This document shows positions 7,615 through 14,776 of a stretch of DNA of 27,266 bases, piece after piece. The translations under genes were made by a program, and so were the position numbers. The stretch lies in assembly GCA_037443365.1 (NCBI GenBank), contig JBBIOM010000005.1:73545-100810 (forward strand), read 5' to 3'. The notes beneath the pieces are model-generated. The model made no database searches, was not told the DNA's origin, and saw only the letters and a program-made list of their open reading frames with translations. This stretch comes from Armatimonadota bacterium (GTDB taxonomy: Bacteria > Sysuimicrobiota > Sysuimicrobiia > Sysuimicrobiales > Humicultoraceae). The stretch's first letter is position 1. Every line of letters starts with the position of its first letter.

Positions 7615-8931
7615 ATGATAGTGATCACGACCGGCATCTCAGGCAGCGGGAGGCTCTCCGAGGCGGGCGGTTGCCCCGGGCACATCGTGCGCATGGTCGA
7701 GGAGGGTGGGGCGCGCATCGAGCAAGCCCAGCGCGAGGGCAGGTGGACATCTCCCATCAAGCGGCTGCGCTACGTTGACGTGGGGCGGTTGATGCTGGAG
7801 CGGGCCAGCGATCTCGGAATGGACGTGCGCACCGAGACGATCCTCGACATGTCGCCCGCCTCACTCAACGAGCTGCGCGCCATCGCGTTTACCGAGGTCG
7901 TCAACGACCCGGCGCTGTGGGAGCCGGACCTCTGCACCGTTCTGGTCACGCACGCCTGCTTCTGGTGGAAGGGCCGCCTGATCCCGGGGCTTGACACGCA
8001 CTACCTCAAGCTGCTGTTCGACGAGACGCGCCGCCGCGCGCCCAGCACGGAGGCGGCGGCCGTGCAGGAGCCGCTGCCAGGGCTGCGCCTGGCCCCGCCC
8101 GTGCATCCCGAAGGGATCTTCTATGCCACGATGGTGGACAGCGTCTACCAGATTCAACGTCGGCTCGAGGCCAGCGAGCAATGGCGCGGGCGCCTCCGGC
8201 CCGGGGAGATCATAGCCTGGCAGGAGCAGGAGGTCTTCATCTCCAAGATGCTGGCGGCGTACGAGCGGGTGCCGCACTACCTGATCGCGCACGGCGAGCC
8301 GGTGACGACCTTCTTCGATCTCATCTGCTTTAAAAGACCCAGGATCTACCTGGGCTATCCGATAACCAACCTGCGCCGCGATGGACAGGCGCAGTTGATC
8401 GAGATGGCGCGCGAGTTCGGCAGGCGGCTGCGCGAGCACTTCGTCGTCTTTGATCCCCTCTCGGTCAAGGACGAGGATGCCGCCGCTTTCTCTGCGATCG
8501 GCGATGAGGAGTTCGAGAGGCAGTTCTCGGCCGAACAGCGCGCCGAGATCCTGGCCTGGGCCGGGTCTCTGGACGCGGTGCGCGCGTGGGGGAGGGGGCT
8601 GGACGATCACACGCGCCTTCAACTCGCGCGGGCGACCGTGGTTCGGGACCTGCGCCTGATCGACCAGTCGGACATGAACGTGGTGTTCTACCCCACCAGC
8701 CAGATGTCGTTTGGCGTGCTCTCGGAGATGATCCACGCGCACACGACCGGCAAGAAGGTCTACATCGTCTACCCCCACAAGAGCATGTCCCCGTTCATGG
8801 AGTTCTACGCCACCGGGGTCCGGACGCCATCCCCCGGAGAGGCCGATCCCGCAACGCCGGCCGAGGTGGCGGCGTTCATGCGGAGCGCCTGCGACGCGCT
8901 TCTCGAGGAACTGACGGCGGAGAGGGAGTAG
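7615..8931 (+). CDS. Uncharacterised two-domain protein: archaeal-type adenylate-kinase-like N-domain plus nucleoside 2-deoxyribosyltransferase-like C-domain
   Basis: N-terminal part: IVITTGISGSGR P-loop, DVGRLMLERA, VLVTHA and LIPGL. C-terminal part: IYLGYP, VFDP, RDLRLIDQSD and SFGVLSEMIHAHTTGKKVY. Fills the gap between cofE and the GTPase with typical high-GC codon usage. Confidence 0.75.
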   Translation: MIVITTGISGSGRLSEAGGCPGHIVRMVEEGGARIEQAQREGRWTSPIKRLRYVDVGRLMLERASDLGMDVRTETILDMSPASLNELRAIAFTEVVNDPALWEPDLCTVLVTHACFWWKGRLIPGLDTHYLKLLFDETRRRAPSTEAAAVQEPLPGLRLAPPVHPEGIFYATMVDSVYQIQRRLEASEQWRGRLRPGEIIAWQEQEVFISKMLAAYERVPHYLIAHGEPVTTFFDLICFKRPRIYLGYPITNLRRDGQAQLIEMAREFGRRLREHFVVFDPLSVKDEDAAAFSAIGDEEFERQFSAEQRAEILAWAGSLDAVRAWGRGLDDHTRLQLARATVVRDLRLIDQSDMNVVFYPTSQMSFGVLSEMIHAHTTGKKVYIVYPHKSMSPFMEFYATGVRTPSPGEADPATPAEVAAFMRSACDALLEELTAERE

Positions 8932-8959
8932 GGGCCGCGGTCCCAGACCAGGTGCGATC

Positions 8960-9937
8960 ATGCCAGCCAACCTCACGCCCGAGTATCTAGCGGCCGACCG
9001 GAAGTTCAAGGAGGCCACGACTCCTCAACAGAAGCTGGCCGCGCTCGAGGAGATGCTCTCGACGATCCCCAAGCACAAGGGAACCGAGAAGATGCAGGCC
9101 GATCTCAAGCGCCGCATCGCCAAGTTGCGCAGCGAGACCCAGCGCAGGAAGGGAGCCGCCCGCAGCCGCCCGTTCTATCAGATCGAGCGCGAGGGCATCG
9201 GGCAGATCGTGCTGGTGGGCGCGCCCAACTCCGGCAAGTCCTCGCTCCTGGCGGCGCTGACAAACGCCGTACCGGAGATAGCCGCCTACCCGTTCACGAC
9301 CCGTGTTCCGCAGGCAGGCATGGCTGCCTTCGAGAACGTACAGGTGCAGCTCGTGGACCTGCCGCCGGTGAGCGAGGAGTTCTCGGAGGGTTGGCTCTAC
9401 GGTCTCATACGCGGAGCGGATGCCGCGCTGGTGGTGGTGGATCTGTCCGATCAGGACATGCTGGCCTCAACCGAGCAGGTCCTGGGGCTGCTCGCAGCAG
9501 CGAACATCACACTGGTCCCGCCCGGCGCCCCTCGCGCCCCCAGCTGCGTGTCGGCCTCCTTCGTGGCCGCCAAGCTCGACGCGCCCGGAGCGGCCGAGGT
9601 ACTCGAGCTCTTCCGGGAGTTCTACGGCGACAGGCTCCCGGTGCTGCCGGTATCGGCCGAGCAGGACGTCAACCTGAGCGAGCTGCGCAGGACGATGTTT
9701 CGCATGCTGGGCGTCATCCGGGTGTACAGCAAGAAGCCGGGCAAGAAGCCCGACCTCGAGGTCCCCTACACCCTGCGGCGCCGCACGACGGTCATAGAGG
9801 CCGCGGCAGTGGTGCACAAGGACTTCGTCCAGGGCCTGCGCTACGCGCGCCTCTGGCGCCGGGACCAGCTCGACGGACAGATGGTCGGGCGCGACCACCC
9901 CCTGGAGGATGGCGACATCCTGGAACTGCACGCCTAG
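8960..9937 (+). CDS. OBG/DRG-like GTPase with C-terminal TGS domain
   Basis: MPANLTPEY...PKHKGTEK N-terminus, G1 GAPNSGKS, G2 YPFTT, G3 DLPP, G4 AKLD, G5 VSA, and TGS motifs (IRVYSK, VHKDF, VGRDHPLEDGDILE). Confidence 0.9.
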   Translation: MPANLTPEYLAADRKFKEATTPQQKLAALEEMLSTIPKHKGTEKMQADLKRRIAKLRSETQRRKGAARSRPFYQIEREGIGQIVLVGAPNSGKSSLLAALTNAVPEIAAYPFTTRVPQAGMAAFENVQVQLVDLPPVSEEFSEGWLYGLIRGADAALVVVDLSDQDMLASTEQVLGLLAAANITLVPPGAPRAPSCVSASFVAAKLDAPGAAEVLELFREFYGDRLPVLPVSAEQDVNLSELRRTMFRMLGVIRVYSKKPGKKPDLEVPYTLRRRTTVIEAAAVVHKDFVQGLRYARLWRRDQLDGQMVGRDHPLEDGDILELHA

Positions 9938-9950
9938 CGCCGCTGGCGGA

Positions 9951-10577
9951 TCAGGGAATCGCGGAGCGGATTCGCTGGATGAGCGTCACGATCACTCCGG
10001 CGGAAATGCCTATCATCGCCAGCGAGATCCCGCCTGCCGTCATCCCCGCGGCCATGAACACCGCGTCCCGGTTAAGGAGCCCCATTCCTATGAGCATCAC
10101 GGAGACGGCAGGCGCCGTGTTGAGGAAGGGGAGCGGGCTCAGCAGCAGCAACCCCATCAGGAACACCATCGCCCCGGCCATGCGCAAGACCACACCCTCG
10201 CGCAGCCACAGGCCCCTGGGTCTGGAGAGCCGCTCAGCGGTGCGTATCAACGGGACCCCCCTGCGGAGCAGAGTCGCCACCACATGCTGGCCAAGCGTGT
10301 GTTCCCGCAGGCGCTGCGGCAGCCACGGGTGACGGGAGCCCGAGATCATCTGGACGGCGAACGCCGCGTATATGGGCCCGACAATCGTGGACGACCCCGG
10401 AGGCAGGATGGGGATCAGCATGGGCAGGCCGAGCACGAGCAGCAGGAGCCCGAAGCCGCGCTCGGCGGTCCGGTCCACCAGTTCGCCCAGGCGCAGGGGG
10501 TGGTTCCGGGCTTCTTCTAGTATGGTTTCGAGAACCGCCGAGAGCGGGGTCTCTGCGTCGCCTGTAGCCAATCCCAT
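9951..10577 (-). CDS. exoD: ExoD-family exopolysaccharide biosynthesis membrane protein
   Basis: LGELVD...ERGFGLLLL, P.PPG.ST, PWLP, ERLSRPR, PLPFLNTAP and RD motifs of ExoD. Start ATG 10577 (alternative GTG 10586). Confidence 0.85.
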   Translation of the reverse strand: MGLATGDAETPLSAVLETILEEARNHPLRLGELVDRTAERGFGLLLLVLGLPMLIPILPPGSSTIVGPIYAAFAVQMISGSRHPWLPQRLREHTLGQHVVATLLRRGVPLIRTAERLSRPRGLWLREGVVLRMAGAMVFLMGLLLLSPLPFLNTAPAVSVMLIGMGLLNRDAVFMAAGMTAGGISLAMIGISAGVIVTLIQRIRSAIP

Positions 10578-10584
10578 AGCATCC

Positions 10585-10590
10585 ACTATA
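10585..10590 (-). promoter_or_regulatory. Putative -10 element (TATAGT) for a leaderless exoD transcript
   Basis: Near-consensus -10 hexamer in GC-rich DNA, 7 nt upstream of ATG 10577, with no Shine-Dalgarno sequence. Confidence 0.5.
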
Positions 10591-10710
10591 CCGGATCTTC
10601 CCTAGATAGTACGGCGCTCCCCGGAGGTTCCCTCCAGGGTGCGGGTCTCCTGGCGTCGAACTCGGTCTCTCCAGGCCTGTCGGCCGCGCCCCGCGCGGCG
10701 CCATACTCGC

Positions 10711-10716
10711 TATAAT
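10711..10716 (+). promoter_or_regulatory. Putative sigma70-type -10 box (TATAAT) for the GAF gene
   Basis: Perfect TATAAT in GC-rich intergenic DNA, followed by AGGAGG (10732-10737) and ATG 10745. Confidence 0.6.
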
Positions 10717-10744
10717 GGCGGAGATCGCCGCAGGAGGGAAGACC

Positions 10745-11188
10745 ATGGACTTTACGCGTCTCTTGGACGAAGCACGCCGTCTCGCCCAGGCAGGGAATGC
10801 CGGCGGCATCGTGGACCTGCTGCACGATGCCGTGCCGCACTATTCATGGGTGGGGATCTACTGGGTTGACGGGGGTGACCTGGTGCTAGGCCCCTGGCGG
10901 GGCCCGCAGGCGACGGAACACACGCGCATCCCGATCGGGACCGGCGTGTGCGGCGCCGCGGCGCGGTCGGGGCGCACCGAGATCGTGCCCGACGTGAGCA
11001 AGGACCCGCGCTACCTGGCCTGCTTCGCGCACACCCGCTCGGAGATCGTGGTGCCGATCTTCGCGGCCGGGCGGGTCGTCGGCGAGATCGACATCGACGG
11101 CGATCAGCTCGACGCCTTCTCGGTCGAAGACCAGAGGTTCCTGGAGGCGGTGGCCGGGTTGCTTGCGCCGCTGGCGCCCGCCGGCTAG
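10745..11188 (+). CDS. msrC: GAF-domain protein, free methionine-R-sulfoxide reductase-like (2-Cys type)
   Basis: YSWVGIY, LVLGP, RIPIGTGVCG, VPDV, YLACF, SEIVVP and GEIDID motifs; strong RBS before ATG 10745. Confidence 0.75.
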   Translation: MDFTRLLDEARRLAQAGNAGGIVDLLHDAVPHYSWVGIYWVDGGDLVLGPWRGPQATEHTRIPIGTGVCGAAARSGRTEIVPDVSKDPRYLACFAHTRSEIVVPIFAAGRVVGEIDIDGDQLDAFSVEDQRFLEAVAGLLAPLAPAG

Positions 11189-12654
11189 ACCTGCGAGAAG
11201 TGGCGCGCTTCCAGCGCGGCCGCGCGGGGCGCATCGTAGCCGAACCGGACATGCTCCACCAGGCCGGGGTGGACCGCGCGCACCGCCTCGTAGATCAACA
11301 GCGCCACGCGGCGATAGGAGAAGTGACCGGACTCGCGGGCACGCAGCGGCACGAGGCTGTAGAGCTCACGCAGGTTCATCGTCGCAAGAAAGCGCCGGTT
11401 GTGGGCGTTGGTCACCAGGTACGCCGCATCGTGTGGGAAGGCGCGCGCGATCCGCCGGCAGGCATCGGTTGCCTGCTCGATGGCATCTCGGTAGCGCCGC
11501 CCACACCCGGCCTCGTCAATGGCGCGCGGGACCGCGTATCCCAGCTCGACCGTGGGCGCCTGCGGGCTCTGTGTCATCATGCGGTGACGCTTGAGATCGA
11601 AGTACGCGCCCTGGTCGCAGGTTATGTCGAACGTGTATGTCGTGTGCTCGAGCTCGCGTATCGGCGTGTCATGGCGGCCCAGGCGCCCGAGCGCCTGCTC
11701 GATCACCGCGCGCCGCTCCTGGGTGTCCATCGCCCCTGCCCTGGCCCAGGCGTCGGCGTACGCGGAACTGCCGTGGCGGTAAAGGCATGCGGCCACAACC
11801 CTCGCCTCGGCGTCGCGGTCATAGTGCACCAGGCGGACGCCGGCGCGCGGTTCCGGACGCCCTGGAGCGCCCTGTGACGTCCGGTCCGCGGCGGCGACCT
11901 CAAGCGCGGCGGCCGTCCCGGTGAGGTAGGCGCTGGCCCCCGCGTACTTGACCAGCGTCGGCACCTCGGCACACGCGACCTGCTTGATCTCGGCGCCAAT
12001 GCCGCGAACCTCTTCGAGCGGGTGCGACAGCATCTTGGTGATCGCGTGCTCGAGCGCCCTGGCGTTGGCGGTCATGCCGACGTTCGCCAGGGTGGCGCAG
12101 GGCAGCAGGAACCGGCAGACATCGATGTACCTGGAGCGAATGCGCGCCTCGTAGGCGGAAGAGGGCTCGTCCGGCCCGCGCGGGCTGTCCGCCGCCACGA
12201 TCTGCCGGGCCGGCTCGATGCATTCCTGATAGACGCCAAAGAGGTTGCGGCAGGTCGCCTCGTACAGGTCCGCGTGCCGGGACTCCGCTATCGCCCGGGG
12301 GAAGTAGAATGCGTCGAAGACCTGGTACCGCGTGGACTTCTCCGTGTACGAGCAGAGGCGGTTGCTCTCCAGGCTCTCGATCGCGAGCCGCGAAAGGCTC
12401 TCCAGCGCCAGATGCAGGACCGCGTGCTCGGCCACCGAGCCGTGGCCGTAGCCGACCACCCACTTCTCGTGGAAATCCCGGGAGCGCTCCTCGGTCAGCT
12501 CCTGCGCGATCTCGCGGAACGGCCTGGGGCTACGCGAGGTCTTGGCGAAGGCAACCGCAATGACCTCGGGGGGAAGGAGCCTTGGGCTGAGGAGGTAGAT
12601 GTCGCGTCGGCGCTGCGATGGAGAGCCATCTGCGGAGGCGAACGGTGTATGCAC
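11185..12654 (-). CDS. thyX: FAD-dependent thymidylate synthase with two tandem ThyX domains
   Basis: Domain 1: AFAKTSRS, GYGHGSVAEHA, EKSTRY and RFLLP. Domain 2: RELEH, DLKRHR and NLREL. GTG start at 12654 preceded by GGGGGGAAGG. Confidence 0.88.
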   Translation of the reverse strand: MHTPFASADGSPSQRRRDIYLLSPRLLPPEVIAVAFAKTSRSPRPFREIAQELTEERSRDFHEKWVVGYGHGSVAEHAVLHLALESLSRLAIESLESNRLCSYTEKSTRYQVFDAFYFPRAIAESRHADLYEATCRNLFGVYQECIEPARQIVAADSPRGPDEPSSAYEARIRSRYIDVCRFLLPCATLANVGMTANARALEHAITKMLSHPLEEVRGIGAEIKQVACAEVPTLVKYAGASAYLTGTAAALEVAAADRTSQGAPGRPEPRAGVRLVHYDRDAEARVVAACLYRHGSSAYADAWARAGAMDTQERRAVIEQALGRLGRHDTPIRELEHTTYTFDITCDQGAYFDLKRHRMMTQSPQAPTVELGYAVPRAIDEAGCGRRYRDAIEQATDACRRIARAFPHDAAYLVTNAHNRRFLATMNLRELYSLVPLRARESGHFSYRRVALLIYEAVRAVHPGLVEHVRFGYDAPRAAALEARHFSQV

Positions 12655-12714
12655 GGCCTTCCCCCCGGGGATCTCCGTGGCTATTCCCTGCACCCGGTCG
12701 AACTTCCTGCTACC

Positions 12715-12730
12715 CCACAACATGTCGTAA
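12715..12730. promoter_or_regulatory. Putative NrdR box 1 (CCACAACATGTCGTAA)
   Basis: Matches C4, A6, A8, T9, T11 and G13 of the acaCwAtATaTwGtgt consensus; lies upstream of thyX, 31 bp from box 2. Confidence 0.65.
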
Positions 12731-12745
12731 GTGTCTTGATACCCG

Positions 12746-12761
12746 GCCCCATATCTTGGGC
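12746..12761. promoter_or_regulatory. Putative NrdR box 2 (GCCCCATATCTTGGGC)
   Basis: Imperfect palindrome matching all core NrdR consensus positions; the 31-bp tandem spacing is typical of NrdR sites. Confidence 0.7.
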
Positions 12762-12811
12762 CGCCCTGGGAACAGGAAGGAGAGCACGTCACGCGCGTCC
12801 AACAGCACGAT

Positions 12812-13387
12812 GTGGGCCACCTGGAGTTGCTTAGGTCTCGCCTTGCGGACACGACCCCGCGCGATCTGCCGCAGAGTGCGTCCCGCCGCGCCGCGGTGCT
12901 GGTGCCTCTCTTCGAGTCGAGGGGAGTGCCGCATCTCCTGCTGACCAGGCGGACCGATAAGGTCGAGTATCACAAGGGCCAGATCTCGTTTCCGGGCGGC
13001 CGCCACGACGCCGGCGACGCCGACCTGCTCGCCACAGCGCTGCGCGAGACGCACGAGGAGATTGGCCTTGCGCCTTCACTGGTCGAGGTATGGGGACGCC
13101 TGGATGAGATCGAGACTTTCGTTACGGGATTCGCGATAACCCCTTTTGTGGGCCTGATCCCGCCGCCTGCGAACCCGAAGCCGAATCCCGATGAGATCGC
13201 CGAGATCCTAACCGTGCCGCTTGCCGCATTCCTCGATCCCGCCAACCTTCGGGTCGAGCACGTCGTGCGTGAAGGCATCTCGCTCGAGCTGGTCTACTAT
13301 GAGAATCTCTCTCATCTCGTTTGGGGGGCGACCGCGCGGATCATCAGGGGGCTCGTGGAGCTGCTTGAGCCGCGGGAGGTGCCGTGA
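12812..13387 (+). CDS. Nudix hydrolase, CoA-pyrophosphatase (NudL/Pcd1-like) subfamily
   Basis: AAVLVPL, the NuCoA motif LLTRR....[10 protein letters not shown], Nudix box [11 protein letters not shown], and VWGATARI. Start uncertain. Confidence 0.88.
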   Translation: MGHLELLRSRLADTTPRDLPQSASRRAAVLVPLFESRGVPHLLLTRRTDKVEYHKGQISFPGGRHDAGDADLLATALRETHEEIGLAPSLVEVWGRLDEIETFVTGFAITPFVGLIPPPANPKPNPDEIAEILTVPLAAFLDPANLRVEHVVREGISLELVYYENLSHLVWGATARIIRGLVELLEPREVP

Positions 13388-13740
13388 TGCTAGACTACAT
13401 CCCCGTCTTCGTGCACCTGGCTATCGTGGTCGTCTTGACCGCTGCGCTGCCGGTTATCCACGCCCTCGTGGGCGGCAGCCGCCCCACGCCTGCCAAGGTC
13501 GAGCCGTACGAGTCCGGCGTCTGGACGATTGGTTCCACCCGCGAGCGCGTACCCATACGCTACTACCTGATAGTGATGCTCTTCATCCTGTTCGATATCG
13601 AGATTGTCTTCCTGCTCCCTTGGGCGGTCGTCTATCGCCGCCTCGGGACCTTCGGCCTGGTCGAGATGCTGGTGTTTGCAAGCGTGCTGGGCGCCGGGCT
13701 GATCTACGCGTGGAAGCGCGGGGCCCTGGACTGGGAGTGA
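13387..13740 (+). CDS. nuoA: NADH-quinone oxidoreductase subunit A
   Basis: [23 protein letters not shown] and WKRGALDWE motifs; GGAGG RBS. Alternative GTG start at 13384. Confidence 0.95.
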   Translation: MLDYIPVFVHLAIVVVLTAALPVIHALVGGSRPTPAKVEPYESGVWTIGSTRERVPIRYYLIVMLFILFDIEIVFLLPWAVVYRRLGTFGLVEMLVFASVLGAGLIYAWKRGALDWE

Positions 13741-14237
13741 GGGTGCGCACGGGTCCTGCCGACACCGCGCGCGCGGTGGCCGAGGTCGAGCGGGGCGTGC
13801 TGACCACGACCGTTGACCGAATGGTCGCCTGGGCACGCCGGGGAAGTGTGTGGCCGGCGTCGTTTGGGCTGGCGTGCTGCGCGATCGAGATGATGTGCAC
13901 GGCGGCCGCGCGGTTCGACCTGGCGCGTTTCGGCAGCGAGATCTTCCGCGCCTCGCCCCGCCAGGCCGATCTCATGATCGTCTCGGGCCGCGTCTCCCAG
14001 AAGATGGCCCCTGTCCTTCGGCACATCTACGACCAAATGCTCGAGCCCAAGTGGGTCATCGCGATGGGCGACTGCGCCTCGTGCGGCGGCGTGTTCAACA
14101 ACTATGCGCTGGTGCAGGGCGTGGACAAGGTCGTGCCCGTGGACGTGTACGTGGCAGGTTGTCCGCCCCGCCCCGAGGCGCTCATGCACGGGTTCATCAT
14201 GCTGCAAGAGAAGATCGCCACCGGAGGCCGACGTTGA
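13737..14237 (+). CDS. nuoB: NADH-quinone oxidoreductase subunit B
   Basis: [28 protein letters not shown] and [14 protein letters not shown] motifs. Start is approximate (GTGA overlap with nuoA). Confidence 0.95.
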   Translation: MRVRTGPADTARAVAEVERGVLTTTVDRMVAWARRGSVWPASFGLACCAIEMMCTAAARFDLARFGSEIFRASPRQADLMIVSGRVSQKMAPVLRHIYDQMLEPKWVIAMGDCASCGGVFNNYALVQGVDKVVPVDVYVAGCPPRPEALMHGFIMLQEKIATGGRR

Positions 14238-14761
14238 CCGACACTACGGCGCTTGTTGGCCTGCTTCGGAAACGACTCCCGGATCTGGATCTGGAGGTTG
14301 CGGAGTTCCGAGGCGAGGTGACCGTGATGGTGCCCGCGGGGAGGGCCTTCGAGGCGCTGAGCGCCCTGCGAGAGGTCCCCATGTGGCTACCTGCCCTGAC
14401 CGACTTGACCGCGGTTGACCGGCACCCGGCCGAGCCGCGCTTCGAGGTGGTCTACCTGCTGACCGGATACGAGCCCCCGGTGCGCCTGAGGGTCAAGGCG
14501 CGCCTTCAGGGCGAGACGCCGGTGATAGGCAGCGTGACGACACTCTGGCCAGGGGCGAACTGGCTGGAACGGGAGGTCTACGATCTCTTTGGTATCCGGT
14601 TCGTGGGGCACCCGGATCTTGCGCGCATCCTGATGCCCGACGACTGGGAGGGGCATCCGCTGCGCAAAGACTACTCTCTCACCGAGGAGCCGGTGCAGTT
14701 CGCGGGTCACACGCCGAAGGTGCCCGGCAGGATCATTCCCAAGTCGCCGCCGCGGCGGTAG
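14234..14761 (+). CDS. nuoC: NADH-quinone oxidoreductase subunit C
   Basis: [30 protein letters not shown] and GHPLRKDY motifs; TTG start with GGAGG RBS, overlapping the nuoB stop. Confidence 0.93.
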   Translation: MTDTTALVGLLRKRLPDLDLEVAEFRGEVTVMVPAGRAFEALSALREVPMWLPALTDLTAVDRHPAEPRFEVVYLLTGYEPPVRLRVKARLQGETPVIGSVTTLWPGANWLEREVYDLFGIRFVGHPDLARILMPDDWEGHPLRKDYSLTEEPVQFAGHTPKVPGRIIPKSPPRR

Positions 14762-14776
14762 GTCGGAGAGCGCACG

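Noticed and set aside
7615-9937. Anti-phage defence island
   Set aside because: NDT-like domains do occur in defence systems, but the neighbours are housekeeping genes with host-like composition and no mobile or defence markers.
12655-12852. N-terminal extension of ThyX to 555 aa
   Set aside because: It overlaps the NrdR-like boxes and the Nudix start, has no ThyX character, and a purine-rich RBS precedes GTG 12654.
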